Positions 29,371 through 41,800 of a stretch of 64,000 nucleotides of DNA are shown here, piece after piece (within the stretch, counting starts at the first letter, position 1; each line of letters starts with the position of its first letter). The position numbers and the translations under genes are program-made. The DNA is taken from IMG/VR virus record IMGVR_UViG_3300021425_000025, positions 6,762 through 70,761 of that record. One strand, given 5' to 3'. The notes under the pieces are model-generated. The model did not search any database. It was not told the DNA's origin and was given only the letters and a program-made list of their open reading frames with translations. This DNA comes from a virus.

Positions 29371-30594
29371 ATGCCAAGACTAAGTTTATACAAACCACAA
29401 AAGGGTAATGATTACAAATTTATGGATCAGCGCATCTATGAAATGTTTACTGTTGGCGGTACTGATATTAATATACACAAGTATATAGGTACTGATGACG
29501 GCGAAACAGCAAAGGATCATACACAAATACAGGACTTACTATTTTTAGAAAATAGAGACAGAAAATACGATCCTGACATATACACTATTAGAGGTATTTA
29601 CAATGTTCAAGACATAGATTTTGATCTAAGTCAATTTGGATTATTCTTAAGTAATGACACATTGTTTATGACTGTACATATAAACAGTAGTGTTGAAGCA
29701 GTTGGACGTAAAATTATGAGTGGAGATGTACTAGAACTTCCGCACTTAAAAGATGAATATGCAGAAAATGATTTTGCTACAAGTCTTAAAAGATACTATG
29801 TAGTAGAAGATGTTAATCGTGCAGCAGAAGGATTTTCTCCAACTTGGTATCCTCATTTGTATAGACTAAAATTAAAATCAATAGTAGACAGCCAAGAGTA
29901 TCGTGATATACTAGAACGTCCTGAAAATGACGATTTGTTTATGGGCGATTATGATGAAACTGTTACGTATGCTGTAGGAGAAACTGTAAAATATCAAGGA
30001 GTATTGTACGAAGTAATACAAGAAACAACAGGAAATTTACCTACAGATACAAATTTTTGGCAAGAATATCAAGACAATACTTTAAGAGATTTGCTTTCAA
30101 CATATGAAAAAGAAATGCAAATTAATAACGCTGTACTTTCTGAAGCAGAAGCTGACGCACCAAAAAGTGGTTACGATGTAAGTCATTATTATACAGTTGA
30201 TGTTGATGATCGTGGCAATGCAACTGTTAATACAGTTGAAGATCCTACAGCAAGTGCGCCGGAGAAAATGGGATATGCAGGTTACTTAGTAAGTAACGGA
30301 GAACCGCCCAATGGTGCTGCATTTGGTAGCGGCATTAAATTTCCTGCAGAAAATGATGCTGGAGATTATTTTTTACGTACTGATTATTTGCCAAATAGAC
30401 TATTTAAATTTGACGGGCAACGATGGTTGCGTATGTACGATGATGTTAGAATGACAATGACTAACACCAGTGAACGTAAAACTCAACTCACATCATTTAT
30501 TAATAATAATACAGTTAGTGAAATTGGCGGTGAGCAAGTTACAGAAAAGCAAGCACTTTCTAAAGCATTACGACCAAAGGCGGATGATACATAA
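29371..30594 (+). CDS. 14: Neck / head-closure protein (gp14-like) with insertions
   Basis: LSQFGLFL.ND.L.M, GD..ELP; lies between the gp13-like and gp15-like genes; CBM5/12-like insert YAVGETVKYQGVLYE...W. Confidence 0.65.
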   Translation: MPRLSLYKPQKGNDYKFMDQRIYEMFTVGGTDINIHKYIGTDDGETAKDHTQIQDLLFLENRDRKYDPDIYTIRGIYNVQDIDFDLSQFGLFLSNDTLFMTVHINSSVEAVGRKIMSGDVLELPHLKDEYAENDFATSLKRYYVVEDVNRAAEGFSPTWYPHLYRLKLKSIVDSQEYRDILERPENDDLFMGDYDETVTYAVGETVKYQGVLYEVIQETTGNLPTDTNFWQEYQDNTLRDLLSTYEKEMQINNAVLSEAEADAPKSGYDVSHYYTVDVDDRGNATVNTVEDPTASAPEKMGYAGYLVSNGEPPNGAAFGSGIKFPAENDAGDYFLRTDYLPNRLFKFDGQRWLRMYDDVRMTMTNTSERKTQLTSFINNNTVSEIGGEQVTEKQALSKALRPKADDT

Positions 30595-32063
30595 TGGATT
30601 TCTTTTACGACGGACAAATTAGACGTTATATTACTCAAATGATAAGACTTATGAGTAACTTTAGTGTTTCAGATGCACACGGAAACTTAACACAAGTACC
30701 TGTTATGTACGGAGACTTAACACGCCAAGTTGCAAACATTATTAGAGATAACTCAGAAAATAAATTACCAAGTGCTCCTAGAATGTCAGTATATGTTACT
30801 GGATTAGAAATGGATAGAACTAGGACTGCTGATGCTAGTCTAATTAGTAAAGTTCATATTAGAGAACGTGCATATGACGATCAAAATAACGAATATCTAA
30901 ATACTCAAGGTAAAAATTATACTGTTGAACGTGCTATGCCTAGTCCATATATATTACGGTTAAATGTAGATATTTGGGCAAGTAATACAGAACAAAAGTT
31001 ACAAATAATGGAACAAATATTAGTTTTGTTTAATCCAAGTTTTGAAATACAAACTACAGATAATTATATTGACTGGACTAGTTTAAGTGTAGTTAATTTA
31101 GAAGGTATTACATTTAGTAGTAAAAGTATTCCTGTAGGTGTTGATAGTGATATTGATGTAGGACAAATTCAATTCAGTACTCCAATATACATATCTCCGC
31201 CGACAAAAGTTAAAAGACTTGGTGTTGTTACAAATATTATTTCAAATATGTTTAACGAAGATTCGGGTTCTATTGAGCTCGGCCTTAATTTATCAGTAGG
31301 TGTTCAAGACGGTGCAGAGCCGCAATTTGCAGCCAGCTTAGGCAATAAAGGAAATGTTGTTGACTCTGGAGAGTTTCCTAATAGTGGCGATGGTACTATG
31401 GATATTGATACTAAGTTTAGATGGGAAAGTATTGTTGCTGCAAGTACATATCAAAATTACGGATTGATGGTACTTGGTAACGAAGCACAACTTATAAGCA
31501 AAAATGTAGTAGGAGAAGTGTCTTGGGAAGAATTAGTAGAAGCAATACCAGGATCATATAGAGCAGGTGTTAGTAGATTATATTTAAAAACAGACGATAG
31601 TGATAATTATATCGCAGGAACATTTACCATTAATCCTCTAGACAAAACTACAATAGTTATAACATATGACGAATTAAGAGACGATACTGCTATTACTGGT
31701 CCTGCAGGTGTACGCACATCAGTTGATTACATTATTGATCCTTTAAGATTTGATCCTACACAAGATAAAGCACCTGGCATACGATTAATGTTACTTGGTA
31801 ACATTGGAGATGAATCAAACACAGACGGCGCTGATGCTTGGAAAAATGATAACGGTACAGACTTTATTGCAAGTGAAAATGATATAGTTGAATGGGACGG
31901 CACAACTTGGAATATAGTCTTTGATGCTAGTGAAACAGAAACAATTACATATGTTACTAACCTCAATAAAAATCATCAATATAAATGGAATGGTGAATTT
32001 TGGATACGTTCCTATGAAGGCGAATACTCAGGAGGGACCTGGGGTCTTCAGCTCGACGGCTAA
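30594..32063 (+). CDS. 15: Tail terminator / sheath stabiliser (gp15-like) with a C-terminal extension
   Basis: FFYDGQIRRY, VPVMYG, PRMS, PSPY.L and LQIMEQIL..FNP. Confidence 0.85.
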   Translation: MDFFYDGQIRRYITQMIRLMSNFSVSDAHGNLTQVPVMYGDLTRQVANIIRDNSENKLPSAPRMSVYVTGLEMDRTRTADASLISKVHIRERAYDDQNNEYLNTQGKNYTVERAMPSPYILRLNVDIWASNTEQKLQIMEQILVLFNPSFEIQTTDNYIDWTSLSVVNLEGITFSSKSIPVGVDSDIDVGQIQFSTPIYISPPTKVKRLGVVTNIISNMFNEDSGSIELGLNLSVGVQDGAEPQFAASLGNKGNVVDSGEFPNSGDGTMDIDTKFRWESIVAASTYQNYGLMVLGNEAQLISKNVVGEVSWEELVEAIPGSYRAGVSRLYLKTDDSDNYIAGTFTINPLDKTTIVITYDELRDDTAITGPAGVRTSVDYIIDPLRFDPTQDKAPGIRLMLLGNIGDESNTDGADAWKNDNGTDFIASENDIVEWDGTTWNIVFDASETETITYVTNLNKNHQYKWNGEFWIRSYEGEYSGGTWGLQLDG

Positions 32064-32071
32064 CTATTAGT

Positions 32072-32503
32072 ATGACAGAGATAGTTTGTAGTGGTGCGCT
32101 TTTTTATTCAAAGCAAACCAAAAGAATATTTTTATTACAAAAAGCAGAAGGAAAAAACAGGGGTACTTGGGGCCTAGTCGGTGGCACTAACTTTAGAGAA
32201 GAAAGTGCATGGCAAGGACTTCAACGAGAAATTGAAGAAGAAATTGGGTTTCTTCCTAATATTATAAAAACAATTCCTTTAGAAACATTTATATCAAGTG
32301 ATGAAAAATTTAACTTCCATACTTTTTTGTGTGTAGTTGAAGATGAATTTATACCTATTTTAAGTCACGAACACAAAGGATGGGCATGGAGTGAAATTAG
32401 AGAAACTCCAAAACCTTTGCATCAAGGTTTACGAAGAAGCCTTTCAACTAAGATTATAGTCAATAAGTTACAAACAGTATTTGAAGTAATGGATTTAATA
32501 TAA
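32072..32503 (+). CDS. NUDIX hydrolase
   Basis: Nudix box WGLVGG...EE...GLQREIEEEIG; EH..WAW. Confidence 0.85.
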   Translation: MTEIVCSGALFYSKQTKRIFLLQKAEGKNRGTWGLVGGTNFREESAWQGLQREIEEEIGFLPNIIKTIPLETFISSDEKFNFHTFLCVVEDEFIPILSHEHKGWAWSEIRETPKPLHQGLRRSLSTKIIVNKLQTVFEVMDLI

Positions 32504-32530
32504 AAAAGGACCATTAAGGTCCTTTTTTTT
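32502..32530. terminator. Bidirectional terminator between convergent genes
   Basis: AAAAAAGGACC-ATTAA-GGTCCTTTTTTT. Confidence 0.85.
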
Positions 32531-33032
32531 ATTGATGTGGTACATCTTGTTCCAATGTTGGATCATATACATATGGATCAGCTAAGTGTGCATCGTCTGC
32601 ATATGCTGGGGGCCAATCTGGCTCGTATGCCATACCTTCGTTACTAGGTACCGCTCCATCTGGAATGTAAGGATCTGGTTTTTCTAATATGCCCTGATCG
32701 TCGTCGTTTGGATCATTATCTGGTGGAATTGGTCCTAAAATTCCCGTGTTTGCAGATGTTCCAAATTGTACATCATCAGCATCTGCTAAAGTATCATCAG
32801 TGTGTGGATCTGAACGTAGGCTAAAAAATCTAATTGCTTCTGCTTTTGAATTAAACCAATAATATCCATTTACAGGATAATCATATGTATCTTTGTCTGC
32901 ACGTTGAATCATTTCGCCGCCTGGCCACTGTACAAAGTTTGGCGCAAACGCTAGATCTTCGTCTCCTCCAACTTTTGAATAAAATCCCGACTCTTCGTTT
33001 AAATTTGTTGAAAATGTTTTTATTTCTGCCAT
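32529..33032 (-). CDS. Hypothetical protein, possible partner of the LRR protein
   Basis: SGFY...APNFV...YDYPVNGYYWF domain followed by a Pro/Asp-rich tail. Confidence 0.65.
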   Translation of the reverse strand: MAEIKTFSTNLNEESGFYSKVGGDEDLAFAPNFVQWPGGEMIQRADKDTYDYPVNGYYWFNSKAEAIRFFSLRSDPHTDDTLADADDVQFGTSANTGILGPIPPDNDPNDDDQGILEKPDPYIPDGAVPSNEGMAYEPDWPPAYADDAHLADPYVYDPTLEQDVPHQ

Positions 33033-33041
33033 TATTTTACC

Positions 33042-35840
33042 TTATCCGTTTAGAATCCAATTTTTATTTAGAGCTATATCTCTATCAGTTTGTGTTAGTG
33101 TTTGTAATCCTAAGTTACCGCCTATAAACAACGTATACGCTGTAGCTTCGACTCTTCCGTCTGGCTTAGTTTCTGCAACACTGTTGTCCCATAAGTTATT
33201 AAACATGTTTACAATCTGAGCTCTATCAAAACTACAGTTTCTAAAATACATCTGTCTACGTACATTAGTAACATTAATTTCTTGCAGAGAACTACAATCT
33301 ATAATAAACTGATTAATTCCTGCTGTTGCACTTGTTGATTCAGTAGTAACATTTTGTAAATTATATGTGCCTGGTAGTTTTGTAAGTGCTCTACAATAAC
33401 CCCACATACGTGCAACGTTTGTTGCGTTACTAGTATCAAATGTAGCATCTACAACTGTAAGAGTTTCACTACCATAGAACATATAACGGAAGTCTGAACA
33501 CGAACTGCCAGGGCCATTTAGGTCTGGAATATAATGCATAGCTCTTGGGTTAATTGCAAATGCATAAGCATTTGTGCAGCTCGATAGATCAACACCTGCT
33601 GGGAATTCTCTAAGAGCATACATATATGCAAAGGCATATCTCATATCGCCGCCCTGTGAAGTATCCATTGTTGGTAGATATTCAATATTACGGCAACTTT
33701 GTAAAAACTGATAAAATCTAAAAATCTGTCCAAAGCTCATAGGCGGTATTGTGTTTAGAGCAAAACAGTTAGTAAACAGCCTATATCCGTCAAAGCTTCT
33801 TGGATTACCATCAATGTCTAAATATGTTTTGTTAAAGAAGTTTGTTGGAATCTCTGCTAGGTTATAGCAACCGTAGAATATGTAATCAAGGTTTGTGTTT
33901 TGGCTGTCAGTGTGTGCAAAAATTTCAAAATTTGGCACACTAGGTAAGTTGTGACAATCCCAGAAAATAGCATCATAGTTACGCAATTCTGTAGTAATAA
34001 ACTCGTCATTAATTTGATTAAACTTCTCTAATACTCGACAGTATCTAAACATACCACGCATGTCTGTTGCTGAACTTGTATCTAAGTGGAATGGTATTTC
34101 TGTTAAACTCAAGCAGTTATAGAACATGTAGTAGAAGCTAGTAGCGTATTGTGTGTCTAGTGTAATGTTAGTAAACTCTGATAGTGAGTTACAGTTATAA
34201 AATAAATCACGGAATTCTGTAGCCTGATTAACTTGGTTAATGTTACGCAGTGCTGGTGCTTTAATGAGCGAAATACAACTATGGAAAATACCACGTAGTC
34301 GTGTAGCACTTCTACAGTCAAGTTCCCAGTCAAGACCTGTCAGTGAAAAACAGTTAATAAACATACGATAGAAGTCAGTAACGCTCTGTGTGTCAATATA
34401 ACCAATCTCGCTCAAGTAGTAACAACTAGTAAACAGGTTATCTAAGTCAACTACTTGACTTGAATTAGATAGTGTAGGTGCAACACGTAGTTGGTTCATA
34501 CCAGCAAACATACCGTTAATCCGTGTACATGCGCTTAGATCAAATGTATCTTGTGTTAGACGTTTAATATTAATACAACCATTAAACATGTTATCCATAC
34601 GTGTTACACCGCTAGTATCTAGTGATGGCAAGTATTCTAGTCTATAACATGCTAAGAACATTCTGTCCATACGTGTAATCAAGTTATTTGAACCAATAAA
34701 TCTTGTATACTTAACTTTAGTACACGACTCCATTAGACGATATGCATTGGTACACGAACTTGTATCAATTTGTGGCATTTCTGTTAATGATCTTAATGAA
34801 AGGAACATACCGTCCATACGTGTTACTGCACTAGTATCCATTGCTGGTAAAAATCTAAGAGCATAACATCCTGAGAACATGTATTCACAACGTTGAACAT
34901 TACTAAAGTTCCAAGATGTATCACTAAACAATTCTAAATTAAAACAGTTTTGGAACTGATACTGCGAATACACATTGTTTTGAAATTCTAAAGGAGGTAT
35001 ATATTTTAATCGATTACAAAGTCGAAACATATAACTCATGTTTGTTCCATTCGATGTATCTAGTGCAGGAGCATTTTGTAATTGTCTATTGTAATAGAAC
35101 ATGTAATGGAAGTTGTTAACTGTAGATGTTGAAGGCAGTGTTGGATAACCATCGTCGCCCATATTATCACAATGACCAAACATAAAGTAACAATCTGTTA
35201 GTGTAGCAAACGGTAAGTTAGGTACTGAACGCAGTCCCCAGCAGTGTCTAAACAATTGGTTTCCGCTTGTTTGAGATGAAGCACTAGCAACCCAGTGAAT
35301 TCTTTCAAGTACACTATGTCTCCAGTTCCACTGATATTGATAAAATGTACCAGTGTTATTCATAGCAAACTTGATATCTAACCAACCAGTTGAAGTGTAG
35401 TTTGTTAAGCCTGCTGCATTGTGTTTGTTATTTAGGTTAATAGCAGTTAGCGACTGTCCACTTTGCGGTGTTACAGTTACCATAACCTGTCTATATCCTC
35501 TACTTGTTAGTGTAGTTGATGAAACATTATTCCAATCATAATCATGATATGCTGTTGAGTTACTTGCAATATTTTCTACAGGACTTCCGTCACCCCAGTC
35601 AATAGTGTATGCACCCGTAGCTCTAAATGTTAAAAAGTTATGAGGGGTATCATAAATTGCAACTAGTCCGTAAAAAACTTGGTCTGTTTCAACCACGTTT
35701 GGCATAGCTAACCAATCGGATTGTCTAGTCCAGCTAGACGGATTAGTTGGTTTTACATTACCCGAAGCCGGGTCTGCCGTTGGTGGCGTTGTTATCGGTG
35801 GCAAATTGCCTGTAGGTCTTGGTCCGTAATGTACGCCCAT
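33042..35840 (-). CDS. Leucine-rich-repeat (DUF285/BspA-like) protein, putative adhesin
   Basis: More than 20 repeats of ~23-26 aa (DTSxxTxMxxMFxxCxxLxxxP); PKD-like YTIDWGDGS near the N-terminus. Confidence 0.8.
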   Translation of the reverse strand: MGVHYGPRPTGNLPPITTPPTADPASGNVKPTNPSSWTRQSDWLAMPNVVETDQVFYGLVAIYDTPHNFLTFRATGAYTIDWGDGSPVENIASNSTAYHDYDWNNVSSTTLTSRGYRQVMVTVTPQSGQSLTAINLNNKHNAAGLTNYTSTGWLDIKFAMNNTGTFYQYQWNWRHSVLERIHWVASASSQTSGNQLFRHCWGLRSVPNLPFATLTDCYFMFGHCDNMGDDGYPTLPSTSTVNNFHYMFYYNRQLQNAPALDTSNGTNMSYMFRLCNRLKYIPPLEFQNNVYSQYQFQNCFNLELFSDTSWNFSNVQRCEYMFSGCYALRFLPAMDTSAVTRMDGMFLSLRSLTEMPQIDTSSCTNAYRLMESCTKVKYTRFIGSNNLITRMDRMFLACYRLEYLPSLDTSGVTRMDNMFNGCINIKRLTQDTFDLSACTRINGMFAGMNQLRVAPTLSNSSQVVDLDNLFTSCYYLSEIGYIDTQSVTDFYRMFINCFSLTGLDWELDCRSATRLRGIFHSCISLIKAPALRNINQVNQATEFRDLFYNCNSLSEFTNITLDTQYATSFYYMFYNCLSLTEIPFHLDTSSATDMRGMFRYCRVLEKFNQINDEFITTELRNYDAIFWDCHNLPSVPNFEIFAHTDSQNTNLDYIFYGCYNLAEIPTNFFNKTYLDIDGNPRSFDGYRLFTNCFALNTIPPMSFGQIFRFYQFLQSCRNIEYLPTMDTSQGGDMRYAFAYMYALREFPAGVDLSSCTNAYAFAINPRAMHYIPDLNGPGSSCSDFRYMFYGSETLTVVDATFDTSNATNVARMWGYCRALTKLPGTYNLQNVTTESTSATAGINQFIIDCSSLQEINVTNVRRQMYFRNCSFDRAQIVNMFNNLWDNSVAETKPDGRVEATAYTLFIGGNLGLQTLTQTDRDIALNKNWILNG

Positions 35841-35878
35841 TTAAATATCTCCTCTCAACAAATAATATTGTTTAATCA

Positions 35879-38800
35879 TTAGTACTTATACTCTGTCATT
35901 AATGGTGGAACATCCTTTCTGACTGCGGTAAAGTCCCAGAAGAACTTAAATTCGCCGTCTACATTGTCTGTTCTAACTTCAAATCTATTGTTAGCAACTT
36001 CAACTTCTTCGACCCAAAGAACTTGACCATGTTTTACATTAGTTAGATGCACTGTAGCACCTTCTTCACGACACAATGCGCCAATGTATTCTGGAAGCTC
36101 AACGATAGCAGTACCGTTAACTACTGTTGCTTCACCTGTTAGTCTAACACCATGATATGGTGATTCAAGTGAACCATAAGATAGTTTGTATCCTGGTTTA
36201 GTTGGATGATTAATAACAAAGTTTTTAGCTGTAGCATTTAATGTGCCAGCTATTGTAACATTACCAGTAAATACCGAAGCACCTGTAACTTGTAATCTGC
36301 TAACACCGTCGTTTGATGTTTGACCAACTAGTAAGTAACTGTTACTTGAAGGAACTGCAATAAGTTCATTAGTATCATTACCTTCAAGTAGTGTTTTAGT
36401 ATCATTGTTTACAGAGAACACAGTACCAACTAGTGTATCTGTAATTGTTAACAACTGACCTGCTGCACCGTCAAATCTTAAACCACCTACTACCTGATCC
36501 ATTCTTGCAGTAATCTGCTGAATGCCATCAACAGCCTGGAATTGCAAGCTAGATCTAACTTTCATTGCAATGTTATTACTTGGATCTGTATTGATAACGT
36601 TTAGTGTTTCGGTGTTAAGTGTACCAGTTTGATACATATCTCCACCTAGACCAAGACCGCCTGCAACACGTAGCGCACCAGTTGTTGAACTTGTTGCTGC
36701 TGATGTACTGTTAATAGCAGTAATACCACCAATTGTTAGCGCACCGCCAAATGTTGGCGATGTTGTCCACTGTGGTACTGAACCGTCACTAAACAGTACT
36801 GAGTTGTTAGGTCCAATTGCTAGGTTTGTTAAGCTGTCTGTAGCACCTGAGTAAATCAAGTCACCTGCTGTGTAACTTGCTAGACCTGTACCACCTTTGT
36901 TAGTTGGTACACTTGATGATAAGTTAGCTGGGTTAGTATAATAGTTACCTGCTTGGCCGCCTAAGAAACCAGCATCAATAACACCACTCTTAATACTAAC
37001 TTGTCCATTAGTTGTTGTAAACTGTAATTTGTTAGTTCCAATAACACCTAGGTTAGTATAGTTAGTATCACCGCTGCCGTCATCTGCTCTTGCAACATCT
37101 AGTGCTAGTTCTGCATAATACTTGTTAAATCCGTCATCTGGATCAGTAAAGAAGTCACCAGTTACTGATATTGGACTATCTACTACTGGTCTAACATTCT
37201 GTACTGCAAGTACCCAAGCACTGTTACCGTTTAACAATCTTAAGAATGATTGATCAGTTGCAGTACCTTCTGGTGCAAGTCTTGATGGATCAATAACACC
37301 CGAAACAATAGCACTTGCATCAAAGCTACTTGAAGCAAGTATACCCCAGTTTAAGATATCAGTTGAACTTGTGTTTACTGTCCCAACAATAGCAACGTTT
37401 TGTAGTGTAAATGTTGCTGCTCCTGTTCCTGTATCTGTAACATCGATCGGGTTAATTGTAACACCATTTGTACTTGCTAGTGCATCGCCGCCGCCTTCGT
37501 GTAATGTAAATGTATTAGTTGTTACACTACCAACAAAGTAAGTTGTTTCATCTAACAATCCTTCTGGAGCATCAGTAGCACTTAGTCTAATAATATCGCC
37601 AGTTTGGAATGTGTGTGCTGGAACATTAAACACATTACTATCAATAGCAACAGTATCGTGTATAAACACATGGTTACCTGATGTTGAACCGCCTAGTAAT
37701 ATTTGCGAACCTGCTGTAAACGCATAGTTTGCATAAAGTTCAAATGTATCTACATCAAGAACTTTAACAAAGTAAGTAGTTCCGTCTACTAAGTTACCTA
37801 CTACTGGGTTACCATTTCTGCTATACTTAACAGCTTCACCGCTTACAAGTCCATGGCCTGTAATTTCAAATTCACTGTTTAAGTAATCAACGTCACCGCC
37901 TGCGCCAATGTCAGAACCATTAAAGATAACGTTTGTAGTTGCTGTTAAATCTGCAATAGTTTTAACTGTTGCATTAGCATCTTGTATGTAGTCTGGTGAT
38001 CCTTCGTTAGCACTAAACTTGAGGAAGCCTCCTGTTAGATCAATAAACAATCTAGTTTGTACAGTAGCAACATTAATGCTAAAGTTTGTACCAGTACCGC
38101 CGATATTTGATGGTGCTGCACTTAGCGTATCGCCTGCTGTATAGTTAACACCGCTTGCTGTAAGTTGTACACTTTCAACTACGCCTGTAGTAACTGTAAT
38201 GTCTGCAACTGCGCCAGTACCAGTGCCGCCTGTTAGAGGAACATCTTTATATGTTTGTGTTCCAGTGCCTGGTGTATAACCACTACCAGCATTAAATGTT
38301 GCATAGTTAAGTGAAGCAATATTACCATATGTTGGTCCTGCTGTGATATCACCCTGCGCACCTGCGTTAGCACCAATTACTTCAGTGATCCCTGTGAAGT
38401 CATATGTTATACCACCTTCAAGAATTAGATACTGACTAATTGTATCACTCTTCATAAAGTAGTTGTCAACAATTTCTTGTGTTGGGTTTACTGTACTTGG
38501 AATAATGCCTGTTTGTGCAGAACCATTAACTTCAATTTCACCTGTAGTGTTAAATGTGCCAGTTGTATCTGCTAGTGTAATAACGGTATTAGCAATAACT
38601 GTTTCTTGTAAGTAACCAAATGCACCCGAATTACCAACCTGAGTAATTTCATCACCCTTGTTAGCAGTAATATTATTATTAAGAGAAATAATTACTTGAT
38701 CATAAGTTTCACTTGCGTTATCACCTGCAATTACTTCAATTGGAGGAACACGATCTGAAAGTCTTAGTCTTCCTTCCCACTCATTAACGTTATATGTTGT

Positions 38801-41800
38801 AATACCACGTGCTGGTGGTAACAAGTCTGCATTAATTTGACCCGCTGAGTTTAACTGTACAACAGCACCTGGAACTGCGTTAGAACTAACGTTTTTATCT
38901 AGTACGTTACCAAGTCTGTTAGCAATAAAGCTACGTACAGCAAGCTGAGTAGATATACGTTCATTTTTTGCACCGCCAATTTCGTTATCACCTAATCCAA
39001 CGTCTGTTGAGAACTCTTCAATTTCAACATCTGTTAAGCTCAAACGTAGAACAGCAAGTTCACTAACTGTAACTGTTGCGTTAAATGTAATCTCACCTGA
39101 TTTGTTTTCAGCAACAATAAACGAACCAACTTTAAAGTCACCAAGTTCGTTAGTACCTGAAGCGTAAACTCGTCCTGGTAATTCTGAATACTGTTCAAAG
39201 TCTGTACCTCTACTATCGCCACCGTTTTGTGGTAGTGCGTTATAGTCGATACCTGAACCTGAATATTCCCAAGTGTGTGATGAACTGTTAACAATTGACG
39301 GTCTGTGGAAACTAATCTTGTTACCTACTGCCTGACTTGGGTTTTGAATAACATTATCCGGAACAGTTGAATCAATTGTAAATGTTGCTGTCCAATACTG
39401 TGTTGTATTTTCAACAGTGTCAATTGTAATCGCAGGTGCCTGTAATGCGCCAGCAATTTGTGTAATTGTTGAAGTAGTTTCAAAACGTACTGTAATTGGA
39501 TCTTCAGCACCTACGTTAGTACCTTCGTTAGATACAATAAGTGTTCTTGTTAAATGATCCCAGTCATATACAAATGCTGTGTTTTCAAATCCTGATGTAT
39601 CACCAAGTAGTGCATCACCTGTTGTAAAGCTATTTGCATTTAGACCTTGTCCATCAGTAAGTACAAGTATTTGATAATTATTGTGTTCTGATTTAATTTC
39701 TTCTACAATAAACTCTTCTGCGTTTAGTGTAAACGAGTGTGTGCCTATACCAGCAGCCTGTAAATCTACAATAAATGATAATGAGTTATCTTGATATAGG
39801 TAGAATGTATCTGTATCAATAACATTTACATAGTATTGACCTTGATCAAACAATCCTAAAATATTCTCATTACCGTTAGAGTTATAGTAAACTGATTGAT
39901 TGTTAGTAAATCCATGATCTACAATAGTAATAATGTTTGTATCTATATCAATAGATGTCGCAGCATCAAATGTAACTTCTGAAGTTGCTTGTTTGTAATC
40001 TGCTGTAATATCTGTATTATCATCAATGTCACGTACACGAATAACAAACTGTTCAACTGGTGAACGTCCAGTACCGATTGATGTAAATGTATTACCTCCA
40101 TCAAAGCCGCTTGCTACAATAAATCCTCTATCAAACAAGAATGCGTTCTGTGAAAAACCACTTGCTCTAAGTGCATACAAACCAAAGTTTGATGCAGAGT
40201 TGGTAATTGACAAATAACCACCTGACTGACAGTAACTACCGTTAAGCATAAAGATTTGGAAACACGAAACGATCTGTGCATAAGCATCGTTAATAACTAA
40301 CCAACCTGTACCACCAAATGATAGTGTAGTAAAGGCGTTTGAAACCATTGACTTACCTTGTTCTGGTATGCCATCTCCAAAGCTAACTGGTGTTTCAACT
40401 TCTTCTAGTATTCCTGGAATGTTTGGAGATTGGATTTTACTACCATCAACTAATGCACCGTTTGCACCCAAGAACGAAATAATTGAACAGTTCTGAATAT
40501 ACGGTGATGTAGTAATGATTGGTTTAGTATTACCAATACCAAAGTATTCTGTTCTATCTACTGAAGTATCTGCTGGGTCGTCAAACGCAACTGCCCAATC
40601 AAATGTATATGTTGGGATGTTGTTTTCGTCTAGTGCATCTTTAAATGTTACACCAAAGATATATGTACCGTTTCGTGTACGGAACATATCCTTGCCTGAG
40701 TTAAGTGGTCTAATAACAACCGAACGAATCGAGTCACCAACGATTGTTACAAAGTCTGGAACAATAATTGGGTTATTAATGTAGAAGTCACCTGCAGAAA
40801 TACTAACAGTAATCGGAATAATATCAAAACGTGCTTCAACAATATCTGGAATATCACCTTCGTTAATAATTACAAATACATCGTCAAACAAACTTGTTAT
40901 TTTTGTTTCAGTGTCTGCACCTGTAGAATCAGCAATCATTAAGTTACGTAAGTATCTGTATGATTCAACCGTTGCTTCTTTTTCAGCTACACTACCTAAT
41001 TGTAGTACACCAAAACTATAATATGCATCAGCAGCAATGTAAGATTGCACATTACCATTATACATAACATCATGACATATAGCATCAATTAAGAATCCTG
41101 TATCACGTTCACATGTTGCAACATCATATGTTAATGTTGGATAGTTAGTAGAAATATAACTAGTAACTGCTGCAATATATGTGTCTTTGTTAGTTTGGAA
41201 TGCAGTTACAGATGTTGCTGCATCAATTGGTGTATAATTATTGCTTGGGAATGCGTTAGCAATATTATTATCAATCCATGTAGTAACACCAGAAGAAACA
41301 GTTTGTTGTCCTGTTGTTCCTAGTGCTGCATATTCTGACTGGAATGTTGCACTTGTCCAACTAATATCAGGTTCTGATCTTACGGGTAGTGTGCCGTCAT
41401 TGTCAATAGTGTCTACAATTTGCTGTACTAGTGTTGCTGCCTGTGTACCTGCTGCTGCACTACCTGCAGTACCTGCTGTATCTTGTGTTTCTAAGTTACC
41501 TGGTGATACAACAACTGCTGTTTCAATAATAACTTCCTCAACAACAGTTTTTAAACGCCCGTATGCTGCAACAGTTTCTTCTTTTTCGCCTGAACCTAAC
41601 TGACTTACTGCTCCTACAAAATATGATGCAGCAGCGTCATAAGTTTGTAAGTTACCACCATATGTGATATCGTAAACAAGAGCATCTACAATTAGACCTA
41701 CGTCTCTTTCGCACTTATCAACATCATATGAGAAGTCTGCTGCAAATGGAGGTTGTTGGGCTCCTACTTGCCCTGCAATCCATGCTGTAATTTCTTTTTG

